Positions 52,777-64,000 of a stretch of 64,000 nucleotides of DNA are shown here, in pieces. The notes under the pieces were generated by a model. The model had not been told where the DNA came from and did no database searches. It was given only the letters and a program-made list of their open reading frames with translations. Where the stretch lies: positions 80,910,001 to 80,974,000 of the forward strand of contig OX597821.1 of NCBI GenBank assembly GCA_951406725.2, written 5' to 3'. Each line of letters starts with the position of its first letter. Position 1 is the first letter of the stretch. The stretch is from Octopus vulgaris. Lineage: Eukaryota. The translations under genes and the position numbers were made by a program.

Positions 52777-54238
52777 GCTGCTACAAGAGTACATTAGCTC
52801 AGCTTGTGATGAGATTTTAAGGTAACCCTCTTGAATTTTCTTGCAAAATTAATCAGAGCATGCAAATGTTTTAGGTGTTTAGCAGTTTATATAGTACAAA
52901 GGTGAGGTTAAATAAATTCTTGAGAAATAATTAAATAATAAATCACAGGGAATGGCAAAAACAACTGTTTCTTAGACACACTCCCTATCTATACGTACAC
53001 ACTCATAAACAGTCTTCACAACATATTCAATTTAATTTACATAAATAATATTTACGTAAATTAATTTAAGTTACATAAATATTCATATAAACTGAAAAAA
53101 AGTTGAGTAGGGAATAAATACACCTATCCTCTATCAACACGTGTACATAAGTACAAACTTGCATGCCTTCCAATTTAACTTTCGGTACCTTCCAGGCTGA
53201 CTTATGATATACCAACAACAGCTATATTCAACAAGAAGTCATTTGACATTTGTAAAACAAAACTCACAAAGCCCCAACACATTTGAGTTGCGGGAAAGAG
53301 TGTCTAACTTTAAAAAGAGTACCAAAAGAGTACCACGTACTCATAAATGTCAGCCCAAGCAACACCTCTTCCCATCTCTGGCATAGAATATAGTTATAAT
53401 ACAAAATAGGCAAACTGGAAAAGTTTGAAGGGAAATAGTTAAAACTGATATAGTTACATTAAAAATATAACTATTATTGGCTAGTTTTAGGCATTTTTAA
53501 AATATAGTTTTATAACATAACAGAATATTTATAAGATACACATTGACTATACAACACAACACAGAGTTTGATCAAAACACATAATCGATTGAGTAGAATT
53601 AATCATTAATTTTCCTGGCATCACATAAAACTACACTGGAAGGTTTTATGCAATTATTTTGTGTCGACTTTTCCATGCTTACTGGGTCTTCCGAAGCATT
53701 GCAACACTTGCTCTGGGTCCTTTGTCATCTCTCTGTGATAATCAACTTTTTGAGATCAGCTTCCACCACTTCTTCTTGTACTATAGGTTCCTTCCATTTG
53801 GATATCTTGACAATTCTTTATCCAAATGTCTACTACCATATGCATCATCGACATCACATGATTCTCCAAGAACAGCTTCTTTCTGGCACACGACACACTC
53901 AGTTTAGCTTCCAGCTCAATTGTCTTCTAGTGTTCCTGCAAACTAACATTACATACTCAGCAGAATATTCTTACCTCATTTCTTTCCAACCAGCTTTACA
54001 TTATCTTCCACATCCAACGCCTAAGCAACACCCAATTTCCTACACAAACATCATACAATCTGTATTTCCTGTAATTCAGCATTTATTTTTATTTCGAGTG
54101 ACTGATCCACTCCAACAAATAACATCTGATAAATACCATGGCTGACAACCTCAACAATCAGGGTGGATTAGAGAAATATCACAATGAAACAAAAACAAAA
54201 ATGAAATACTTAATAAATCTACTGTTTTATTTCCATAC

Positions 54239-54362
54239 CTTGATCCTGCCGGAGTTATTCCTTTCTTAGGAATTTTCCTCCCCAAATGTTGCACCCAGGA
54301 CTTTTGTTTCTCTGAGGATTCCGCCAACAGCAATAATTCCTTAGCTTGAATGTCGTAGTTAA
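54239..54362 (-). CDS. ROCK: ROCK exon (C-terminal half of the split PH domain)
   Basis: attatttttcag|...AAG|gtatgg; (V)NYDIQAKELLLLAESSEKQKSWVQHLGRKIPKKGITPAGS; phase 1-2. Confidence 0.96.
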
Positions 54363-54984
54363 CTGAAAAATAATAGAGAAAGTGAATGAGATGCTACAAG
54401 GCATATATATTGCTATAAATGGGTGCATGGGTGCATATACAACATACTTTTTCCTTCCCAGAAAAATGTCTCAAAAAAAAAAAAGAAATCATTCTGGGTC
54501 CTTCCTATGTGCAAAGTTGGGCCTCCCATAAGCTTTAATGCACTAAAAGAACCTTTTCTTGTATATGCGCTGTTGTAAAAGGGATGTGACTAATATGCCC
54601 ATGCATCTTTTATACTACAAAATATAGTAATTTGAGAATTTAGTGGTGGGATGTGTTGATGCCTGGACTGTTGTTGTACATGCCTGGTATGGTGTTGTGA
54701 ATGTTTTAAGTGGTTTTTGAGCCTATGTGTGATGTACAGATGTTTGTTTAGAGTACTTTTATGCATATGTTTTGAGCAGTGTCATACATGCGTTCAGCAT
54801 GGTGTTATGTACATGTTTAGCATGCTGTGGTGAACATGACTGCAGTAATGACATGAACCAGTTTCCACTAATGTGACATGCAAACATATGAACAGTGGTG
54901 AGGTGTTGAATATGTGTTGGATACTGTGGTGTGTATGTGTGATGAATAATATAAGGAGTACATGTAGTGTGGTGTATGCTGTGA

Positions 54985-55300
54985 AGGTGCGTGGCTTAAT
55001 GGTTAGGGTATTCAGTTCATGATTGTAAGAACATGAGTTCGATTCCTGATAGACATTGAGTCCTTGAGCAAGATGCTTTATTTCACATTGCTCCAGTTCA
55101 CTCATCTGGCAAAAATGAGTCATACTTGTAATTCAAAGGGTCAGCCAGGTCATATTCTGTGTCACTCTGAATCTCCCTGAGAACTGTGTTAAGGGTATGC
55201 ATGTCTGTGGAGTCCTCAGCCACTTGCACATTAATTTCACGAGCAGGCTGTTCTGTTCATCAGATCAGCTGGAACCTTCATCACTGTAACCAACGGAGTA
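54985..55300 (+). repeat. tRNA-derived SINE family D (second copy near 62548-62870; related heads near 18328 and 56160-56316)
   Basis: ggtgcgtggcttaatggttaggg...gagttcgattcc head; gtccttgagcaagatgctttatttcacattgctccagt core. Confidence 0.8.
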
Positions 55301-56563
55301 CCAATCGTGTATGCATGTATGCATACATTGAGTAATATAGTGTGTGTGTGTGTGTGTGTGAAGTAATGTGATATACACATAAGAGTGCTGAGTAGTGTAC
55401 AGTGTACATATCTGACAGTGCTGAGTTGCCTGACGTGTACAAATATGTGAGCATTGAGTAGTGTGGTATGTGCATGAGCCTGTTCAATAGTATAAATGTG
55501 TACATGTATGTGTGCTGAGTACTGTGATGAGTGCATGTATGACACTGTTGAGTAGCACGTACATGGATCTATGTGCTGAGTAAAGATCAGTGTACAAGTA
55601 TGTGTTGAGTAATGTGGTATAGTGGTAAGTACATGAATGTGTATATGGAGAAGAGAAGTGTGTACACGTGCTGAGTAATGTGGTATAGCTTTTATGTGAT
55701 GATTTACTAATCAGTATTTTTTTACAACTAAAATATAAACTGGTCACTAACAAAGAGACAACCAACTTAGCTACTCTTGAGTGAGAGTATAAAAATAACT
55801 GCACCCCCCACCACTGCCAAGCCATGTGACAAAGTAGGCTCATCAACCCAGTATGACCTCAAGCTCAAATTTACAGCCTGCACATCAGACCATGGTTAGT
55901 GGAGAGAATATGCTGAGGCCTCCGTCCAGCAGTGGACGGAACATGGGCAATCCAATCCAACCACAAGCACTAAAAGAAGGTAAAGACCCCCTTTGCTCCT
56001 GAATGACCATGGGATTGCACCTAGAAAGTTACCTTCTGAGGCACAAGTCCAGGGAGGGCTGTTTATAGAAGACCAACAATTGGCCATATATACCCGCTTC
56101 CCCTCTCCAAGCCACTGATGTTGCCCAAGGGAAAGGCAAAGGGGCCAATACAGCTTGGTACCAGTGATGTTGCAATTCATTTCTACAGCTGAGTGAACTG
56201 GAGCAACATGAAATGAAGTGTCTTGCTGAAGTATACAACTCACAGCCTGGTCCGGGAATTGAATTCACAACCTCGTAATTGTGAGCCCAATGCGCTAACC
56301 ACTGGGTCAAGTGCCTTCACAAGCACTTATTGTGAGTATTGCTGTTTGTTCTGACAAGGGTGCATATTCTTGTGCACACATGCACAAGCACAACTATAAG
56401 TTTGTGCATACATATAAGGATGGATAGATAGATAGATAGATATGAATATATATTTGCATACGTGTATATGTGACAGTGTAGTTGCAAAATATGGCAGGAG
56501 ATCAAAACAGAAACCTGAACTGCCAGAAGAGGCCATAGAATCAGTTGAATAAATATACATTAC

Positions 56564-56629
56564 CTTTACAATATCCTATAAATTCTTCTTCCTTTTCATG
56601 ATGTTCTCGATGTACCTTTACATGACATC
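56564..56629 (-). CDS. ROCK: ROCK exon (C1 domain, second part)
   Basis: cttttccag|...AAG|gtaatg; 66 nt, phase 1-1; (R)CHVKVHREHHEKEEEFIGYCK. Confidence 0.96.
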
Positions 56630-58047
56630 CTGGAAAAGATAACATTTAATCACATTTACTTAACATCGCTTTAATAATTTCTTTCCATATTTTGTTGGGC
56701 GTGGGAGTAGAGACATGATACAATCTCTCCTATTTTCATACAATCAGTGGTTCTTAACCTCTAAAGTCCATTTTTACTACCTCATTAACATTTTCAGCCC
56801 ATCTTAAATATGTAAATGCCCACATTATTACCATCTTTATTGTAATTCTTTGGGAAAGAGGGAGGAAGGAAACAGCGCAAAAGACAGAAGAGAGAGAGAG
56901 AAACATACTTATCCTCAGCACAAATACATATTCTGGGTAACATCAGTTAATACTCTGTCAGACTTACCCTTAAAAGTAGTCAGACCTTATTGTCTAAACA
57001 TGGAATTTGTTTGGTGTTTTTTGGTGGTATTTTTTCTAGCATAGCTATGTACTTAAGAGCTTTTTATGCAGCCATGTGGTTTTGGGTTCAGCTCCACTGA
57101 AACAGTACCTTGGCTGTCTTCTACTATAGCCCCAGGCTGACAAATGTGAATTTGATAGATGAAAACTGTGTGTGTGTTTCTTTTTTTTTTTGCTTTTCCC
57201 CCCTTCCCCACAGCCTGACAACCAGTGTTGTTTTGTTGACATCAATGAGTAGCAGCCTTAAAATAAAAACTGGTGTCAAACTGTTCAACTAAACCGTTCA
57301 AGACAGTACCCCAGCATGGGCTCAGCACAATAACTGAAACAAGTAGAAGATAAAAGAAATCATTGCCAGACTCTGAAGATTTTGGGGAGTGATTGATGTT
57401 AATCTTCTCGACTGACAATTAGACCATCGCTATTATTACTCAATACTAATAAAGGTAGCAAGGTGGTGGATTAGCAGAATCATTAGTATGCCAGGCAAAA
57501 TGCTTAGTGCCATTGTGAGTTCAAATGCTAGTGAGGTCGATTTTGCCTCTCAGCCTTTCCAGGTCAATAGCATACGTTCCAGTTAGGGGTCAATAGAATC
57601 AAATACCTTCCTGCCCAAACTTGCTGGCCTTGTGCCAAAATCTGAAACTGATAATAGCATGCCAGGTAAAACGTTTAGTGGCATTTTGTCTGTCTTTACA
57701 TTCTGAGTTCAAATTCCACCGGGGTAGACCTTGCCTTTCATCTTTTTGAGGTCGATAGAATAAGTAGCAGTTCAGGAGTGAGGTCCCCTGATATCGCTGG
57801 CTTTGTACCAAAAATTTGAAACCAATATATTATTAGAGGTGGTAGGGTGGTGAGCTAGCAGAATCGGTAACACGCCAGGCAAAATGTTTAGTGGCATTTT
57901 GTCAGTCTTTATGTTCTGAGTTCAAATTTCACTGGGGTTGACTTTGCCTTTCATCCTTTCAGGGTTAATAAAATAAATAGCAGTTCAGTACTGACAGCTT
58001 GTGATATTGCCGGCTTTGTACCAAAGATTTGAAACCAATGTTGATAG

Positions 58048-58430
58048 AGGCGTAGGAGTCGCTGTGTGGTAAGTAGCTTGCTTACCAACCACATGGTTCC
58101 GGGTTCAGTCCCACTGCATGGCACCTTGGGCAAGTGTCTTCTACTATAGCCTTGGGCCAACCAAAGCTTTGTGAGTGGATTTGGTAGACAGAAACTGAAA
58201 GAAGCCCGTCATATATATGTGTATGTATATGTCTGTGTGTCTGTGTCCCCCCCAACATTGCTTGACAACTGATGGTGGTGTGTTTACATCCCTGTATCTT
58301 AGAGGTTCGGCAAAAGAGACCGATAGAATAAGTACTAGGCTTCCAAAGAAGTCCTGGGGTTGATTTGTTTGACTAAAGGCGGTGCTCCAACATGGCCGCA
58401 AGTCAAATGACTGAAACTAGTAAAAGAGAG
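58048..58430 (+). repeat. SINE family B, full-length copy
   Basis: Same head, core and tail as 42019-42413, in the opposite orientation. Confidence 0.9.
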
Positions 58431-58582
58431 GTTGTCTGGGGAAGTTCTCCAGCTGAACCTAATCCGACTATTTCATTAATGGATTAGCAAACAATTGCTA
58501 AAAAAATGTTGAGAAAGCAAACTTATATGGCTTAAAAGGTAGATTATGAAGAGACAGTGGTAGCTTGACAAGGTGTACTTAC

Positions 58583-58712
58583 GCTTGCATTCTAAAGCTG
58601 CGGGAGGGTGTATCACGTGCCAGACAGGCTTGTTACAAGAATCACAGGTCGCAGGGGTACGGTAATGAATTGGAATTAGGTCATGTCCTTTGTATGAGAA
58701 ACCCGTTCGATC
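58583..58712 (-). CDS. ROCK: ROCK exon (C1 cysteine-rich domain, first part)
   Basis: ttccatttgcag|...C|gtaagt; DRTGFSYKGHDLIPIHYRTPATCDSCNKPVWHVIHPPAALECK. Confidence 0.97.
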
Positions 58713-59012
58713 CTGCAAATGGAAAAAAAATTAATGAAATTTAATTATATAAAGAACAATTATAAGTAATTAGTGGATTAGTAGAAATCATACAGTGATG
58801 AAATAATTATCTTCCAGTATTTCAAACTCTGCCAATGTACACTTTGCTCTTTGTACCTCCAGATTTTTTTTATTTTTTTTATTTAATAAGTATCAGTTAT
58901 ATACAAGGATAGATTCAATCAACAATACCCTTTCCCTATAAATTTGGGCCAGCATAAGGAACCAGGGTCATATGGTTTAAGAAGATCATTTTGCAACCAC
59001 ATGGTTTTGAAG

Positions 59013-59262
59013 CAGTGTTTCCCAACCATTTTTTATCTATGATCCCCTTTGATTTTTATTTTGCTCGAGTGGACCCTCCTAGCCATTCAATGATTTTTTT
59101 AAAAATCCTAATATTAATTAAATATTATTAGGAATTGTATAAAAATAATTCTTTAAATATTCTGTGTATTGTAGATGCATATGTAATTTATTGGAGATAA
59201 ATTTTAACAACAAAATCTTATATGGTCCGAAGGGCCATATGGACCCCAGTTGTGGACCACTG
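59013..59262. mobile_element. hAT-type MITE (250 bp)
   Basis: CAGTG...CACTG termini; degenerate 8-bp TSD ttttgaag / ttttagag. Confidence 0.75.
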
Positions 59263-59945
59263 TTTTAGAGTAATAACATGTAAGATTCATAAGTTGTACA
59301 ACACAGGCCATGAGACAAATCAGTTGCTCAATGCATGTTATGTGACACTAGAGAATATTGCAAAACATACGTTATTGTATGCTGTGTACAATTACAACTC
59401 TAACATTATATAGTTCGGCAGAAATGTTAGCATCATGAATGCTGGTATCATGATGTTGATGTTACATTAAGATGACTGTCTGCCTTTCATCCTTTCGGGG
59501 TCGATTAAATAAGTACCAGTTATGCACTGAGGTTGATCTAATCGACTTAATCCGTTTGTCTGTCCTTGTTTGTCCCCTCTGTGTGTAGCTCCTTGTGGGC
59601 AGTAAAGAATAAGATGAAAGTGCTAGCAATTGCATAGCAGTCATACAACATTATGTACAAAGAGTGCTATCATATTTGATAGCATATAAAAAAGCTGCTT
59701 TTTCAAAAAATGTCTATAAAAAAAAAAAAACAAGAAAAAAACACCTCAGGTCCTATATGCAAAGTTAAATCTTCCCTAAGATAATCTTGTCTCTGACACT
59801 CACTACTAGAGGCTTATTTTAAGCCAGACTGTCTCTTCTAACTAGCCTGACTCTACAATATGTGCAGCTGTACTGCTCACTTTTTATAAACTGCAATCTT
59901 TTCTGATATAGTTAGGGGACACTTGTAATATACTGCAAAGTTACT

Positions 59946-60164
59946 TTAACCCCTTAACATTTAAACTTGCCATATCTGGCCAAAATATTCTACCTAATTT
60001 ATGTTCAAACCAGCCAGATCTGGACTCTCACACCTATCCTACAATGCCATTCTAAAAATAAGCAATCGCATTGTCAAAATCTCAAAGCTATGAGATAAAG
60101 CATGGTTTATTGAGAACAATGTAAATTTGCATTTGACAGAATAATCTGAATGCTAAAGAGTCAA
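59946..60164. mobile_element. TTAA-type (piggyBac-like) MITE; second copy near 46855-47035
   Basis: ttaa-ccccttaacatt ... aatgctaaagag-tcaa termini; internal sequence shared with the 46.9-kb copy. Confidence 0.65.
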
Positions 60165-60802
60165 ATATTGCAAGCCTTAATGCACTGGAAACATTATCCC
60201 TGAATATGCAATGTTGAAATGAGAGTGGTGTGTGTGTGTGTGTGTGTGTGTGTGTGGAATGCACATATGTGCAAATGGAACCAGCTGTTACACAGACTAT
60301 AGGATATAAGGATAGTCGATAGTCACATACACACGTGTGTGTGTGCATGAGTGTGAGTACTGTCTGACACCAACTATTTAAGAGTAGGATGGTTACAAGA
60401 TACAGCAAATCTGTAGTTATCTACAACTGTTATGTAGTTTCAGCATAAGAAAACACGTCCTTTCTGATGCATACAAAATGTCTGGTGCACTTGTCACACA
60501 GAAAACTCATCCTGAGGACAGTATTTCTTCACAAAACATTTCTTAGCCACCAAAATCTAACATAACTCAAATCAACAAAAAAAGTCTCTATGTGGTCGTT
60601 TGATCTGCAAGAAATAGCAGTCAAATCTCCATTTAACTATATCTTAATAATTAAAAAAAAAATAAGAGCACAGCCCTAGATATTCCTAAAAAAACAGGAA
60701 GATCATTCCTGAAACATCTTTGATCACAAGTCTACTTGATCAGCTCTGTCCTGGGGTTAAACAATAAAAAAAAAAACAAACAAACAAACAACAGCCGCTG
60801 AC

Positions 60803-60862
60803 CTGACTTTCTTGTGCAGTCTCGCCTGGTTTTCTGTTTTCTCCTTCTGTTGCATAGAGAAT
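60803..60862 (-). CDS. ROCK: ROCK exon (PH domain to C1 linker)
   Basis: ttttattacag|...CAG|gtcagc; 60 nt, phase 0-0; ILYATEGENRKPGETAQESQ (ROCK ILYANEGE motif). Confidence 0.95.
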
Positions 60863-61155
60863 CTGTAATAAAAAAAAGAAATTAACTGATTAGTAAACAT
60901 TAACAAAATAACAACTAGTCACGAAACACAATTAACTGGTCAATAAACATTTATTGGAAAAAATCAATTGGTCAATAGGAAATTGGAATGATTTTGGCCT
61001 TACCAAAGCATTTTTATTAGTTTTTTATTATTTTACTCAATATATTTCATTCTGCCACATGAAGATTTAGCATGTATGTATGGGGTGTGTGTGTGTGTGA
61101 ATGCACATATGTCAAAATGAGTAGTTCTTAATGAGGAGTGAGAGAGAGCGTGCGC

Positions 61156-61189
<34 letters not shown>

Positions 61190-62470
61190 ATGAGTGTGAG
61201 TATGCATTCACACAAAAAAGACGCAAAATGGCTTTTCTCTTAAGCTTTCTCAGGAATCTCTGAGTTCGCTCCTACATCACAACTCACATTGAGCAGAAGT
61301 GAGGATGCGGGTGGAGGGGCAGGGTTGGAGTTACCAGGGACATGCATCATCAAAGTCACTGATGCAGAACATTAGAATCACAGACCCGATGCATTCCAAT
61401 TCCTTTGGCCAGTATCATTAGCTGTTTAACAAACATCACATTATTACACAGTGTTAAAACATCACTTCTTTCTTCTTTAAAAAAGTCAGTGGAGGAAAGG
61501 CAACATCCAGACTTTTGTAGAACCTCTAAGATGGTAAGGAAATGGATAGTGTTTATAGTTGGGAAGTTAATGAGCAGAATGGTGTTGTGTAAGCAAGCGG
61601 TTATGTCCTCAAGAAATTTAGTCTGTGGAGCTCAGTTTTTGTGATGTTATATATATGAAATTGTTATAGGAAATCATCTGAGTTAGTATTTGTAGAAACT
61701 TTAAGTGCTTTAGCTGTGTTTTTATACACAATGGAAGGTGTAGTACAAGACTGTCTCTTTGATATTTATTTATTTTAATTTTTGGTGCTGCTAAAGGAGA
61801 CTAAGTTGCCATATCCCAATTAGGGAGTGTATTCTAGGTTGCAATTAATTCTAGGTTTGATGGATTGAGTAAGGAAATGTATGGCATGTCATGGTTGCAT
61901 GTGAATAACCGAAAGACAAAGAAGAGTGAAAGGTACCTTGAATCTGCATAGATAGAAGTGTGAGTGATTAGAATAGTGAGAAGGAAGGGTATAGGAGAGA
62001 CATAGAAGTTAACAGAATTTGATTGCAGAGAATCACACATTGCTGGAACTTCCAAACCAAACTGGATCTCTCTCTCTCCCACCACTAATCACTCAACCAT
62101 GAAAGCGGACACCTTTTGCCAGCCGGATACATTAAGGAAAGCAGAGTTTATTGGTCTCTGTCAATAAACAAACTGGAACTGGCTGCAGTAATAAACATGG
62201 GACTCTGGAATGTGACCAGCTGGAGCAGAGCTATTTCTAATGTTTGGTTACTTATAGCTTACTATAGTGTTTGAAGCATGATAGAGTGTGATGTGAAGTA
62301 AAGTGAGGTGGGATCCAGGGTAAAGGTGTGCCAAAGTGTAATTGCACTTCATGTAATTAGTGAAGTTCAGAATTATCTACACCAGCATGGTGGCATGTGA
62401 TAGAGTGAATTGTACTGTCACAGAGCAGAATGTGGTACAGTGTGGTTTCGTATATGATATAGCTTCATTT

Positions 62471-62546
62471 AGCATGAGGTGCCTGTGGTATAGCGTGAGG
62501 TGTTTGTGGTACAGCGTGAGGTGTTTGTGGTACAGCGTAAGGTGTG
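62471..62546. repeat. 21-bp tandem repeat, about 3.5 copies
   Basis: Unit agcgtgaggtgtttgtggtac. Confidence 0.85.
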
Positions 62547-63085
62547 AAAGCATGTGGCTAAATGGTTTGGGGTGTTTGGTTCATGATCGTAAGGTCATGA
62601 GTTCAATTCCTGGTGGCATATTGTGTCCTTGAGCAAGACTCTTTGTTTCAAGTTGCTCCAGTCCACTCAGGTGGCAAAAGTTAGTTGTACCTGTAATACA
62701 AAAGGACCAGCCTTGTAACATTGTGTCACATTGGATCTCCCTGAGAACTACACGAAGGGTACATGTGTCTGTGGTGTACTCAGCCATTTGCTCATTAATT
62801 TCATGACCAGGCTGTTCAGCTGATCAGATCAGCTGGAACACTCACCATCATAACCAACAGAGCACCAGCTTTATAGCATGATGCAGAATGGTATGGTTTT
62901 GTTACAAAATAGTTGGCATGGGGGGTGGGTGATATAGCATGACATTGTGTTTACAGCATAAAGTGGTGCGCTACCATATGATGTGGGGTAGTGAAGGTCA
63001 ACATGGTTTGCTGTTGCACAGTGTCAAGAGGGTTGGATAACAGGTTATAACGGAGCTTTTAGAAAATGTGATAATAAATAATTAC

Positions 63086-63164
63086 CTGAAATATTCTTGG
63101 AATATCTTTAGAATCAGCTCGATACACATCTCCTTGAGTAACTGGACGTACATGGAATAATTTA
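63086..63164 (-). CDS. ROCK: Rho-associated protein kinase exon (PH domain); upstream exons lie beyond the window
   Basis: tttcctctag|...CAG|gtaatt; KLFHVRPVTQGDVYRADSKDIPRIFQ matches the ROCK PH-domain motif KLFHVRPVTQ.DVYRA...IP.IFQ. Confidence 0.97.
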
Positions 63165-64000
63165 CTAGAGGAAACAAAAAAAAAAAAAATTAGAAAAATA
63201 TCACTCAGACCAGAGATAAAGATATCATTGTAATTATTATTAATAAAACATTATGGAGGGAGCAAAGTGGTAGAACTATTAGTGCACAGGACAAAACACT
63301 TTGTGGTATTCCTTTCAACTCATTACATCCTGAGGTCAAATTCTGCAGAGATTAATTTTGCCTTCATCTCTCTGGGGTTGATAGAATAAAGTACCAGTCA
63401 AGTACTGGGGTCAATGTAATTGATTTGCCCCTCCCTTCAAATTTGTTGGTCTTGTACCCAAGGACACTTACAGTATGACAGTGATGCTCGTTTACAACCA
63501 TCACATGATATCAGGACAAGGAGACAGTAATGGATACACACGACGGGCTTCTTTCAGTTTCCATTTATTGGATCCACCCACAAGGCTTTGGTTGGCACAT
63601 ATCTACAGAAGCAGAAACTTACTCAAAGCGCCACCCAGTGGGACTGAACCTGAAACTATGTGGACGGCTATGTTGTATAGCTTATTTCTTGCAAGATTAG
63701 CAATTTTGAGAGGAACGGTTAAATCAATTTCATGAACCCCAGTATTTGACTGGTACTTTAATGTATTGACTCTAAAAAGCATGAAAGACAAAAGGTGGCT
63801 TCAGTGGGATTTGAACTCAAAAAACAAAAAGAAATATTACAAAGCATTTATTCCTGAGCCAACTTACAGCTAAATAATAATAATGATAATAATAATAGAT
63901 TTTTATTTTCACACAAGACCAGTAACTTTGAGCGGTGGGGGTTAGTAGTCAATACTATTGATCTCAGTACTTGGAGTGGTTCTTTTATGAACCTTAGAGG

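Noticed and set aside
53648-54145. 165-aa + strand ORF inside a ROCK intron
   Set aside because: It is an antisense reading of a decayed LINE 3' remnant with no recognisable domain.
58476-58718. ORF-track boundaries for the C1 exon (and 54151-54333 for the PH exon) as stand-alone genes
   Set aside because: These are internal ROCK exons; the ORF ends run into introns.
62471-62546. CRISPR-like array
   Set aside because: It is a spacerless tandem repeat in a eukaryotic intron.

Overview
Repeat-rich animal genomic DNA. The SINE families and dense (TA)n/(CA)n/(TACA)n microsatellites suggest an octopus or other coleoid (inference). Nearly all entries in the ORF track are microsatellite or transposon artefacts. 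Two convergent spliced genes were assembled by hand. (1) A + strand gene absent from the ORF track has coding exons 7385-7433, 18201-18290, 29859-29906 and 35360-35484, plus a 3'UTR exon from 36284. It encodes a 103-aa predicted secreted protein with 12 cysteines: a signal peptide, a WAP-like domain lacking exactly the C2-C7 disulfide pair, and a VWC/pacifastin-like 6-Cys module. (2) The last six coding exons of Rho-associated kinase ROCK lie on the - strand (63164 to 43953; split PH domain, C1 domain and SATLP tail), with candidate alternative C-terminal exons. Between the genes are a U6 snRNA retrocopy fused to a SINE/LINE-type 3' tail, and a complete 2.0-kb ORF1-only non-LTR element with a 15-bp TSD inside a SINE head. 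The window also holds decayed mariner/Tc1/maT transposons, RTE and CR1-like LINE fragments, Penelope-like elements with hammerhead-ribozyme motifs, MITEs, a long foldback palindrome, and a visible CpG-decay contrast between the two gene bodies.
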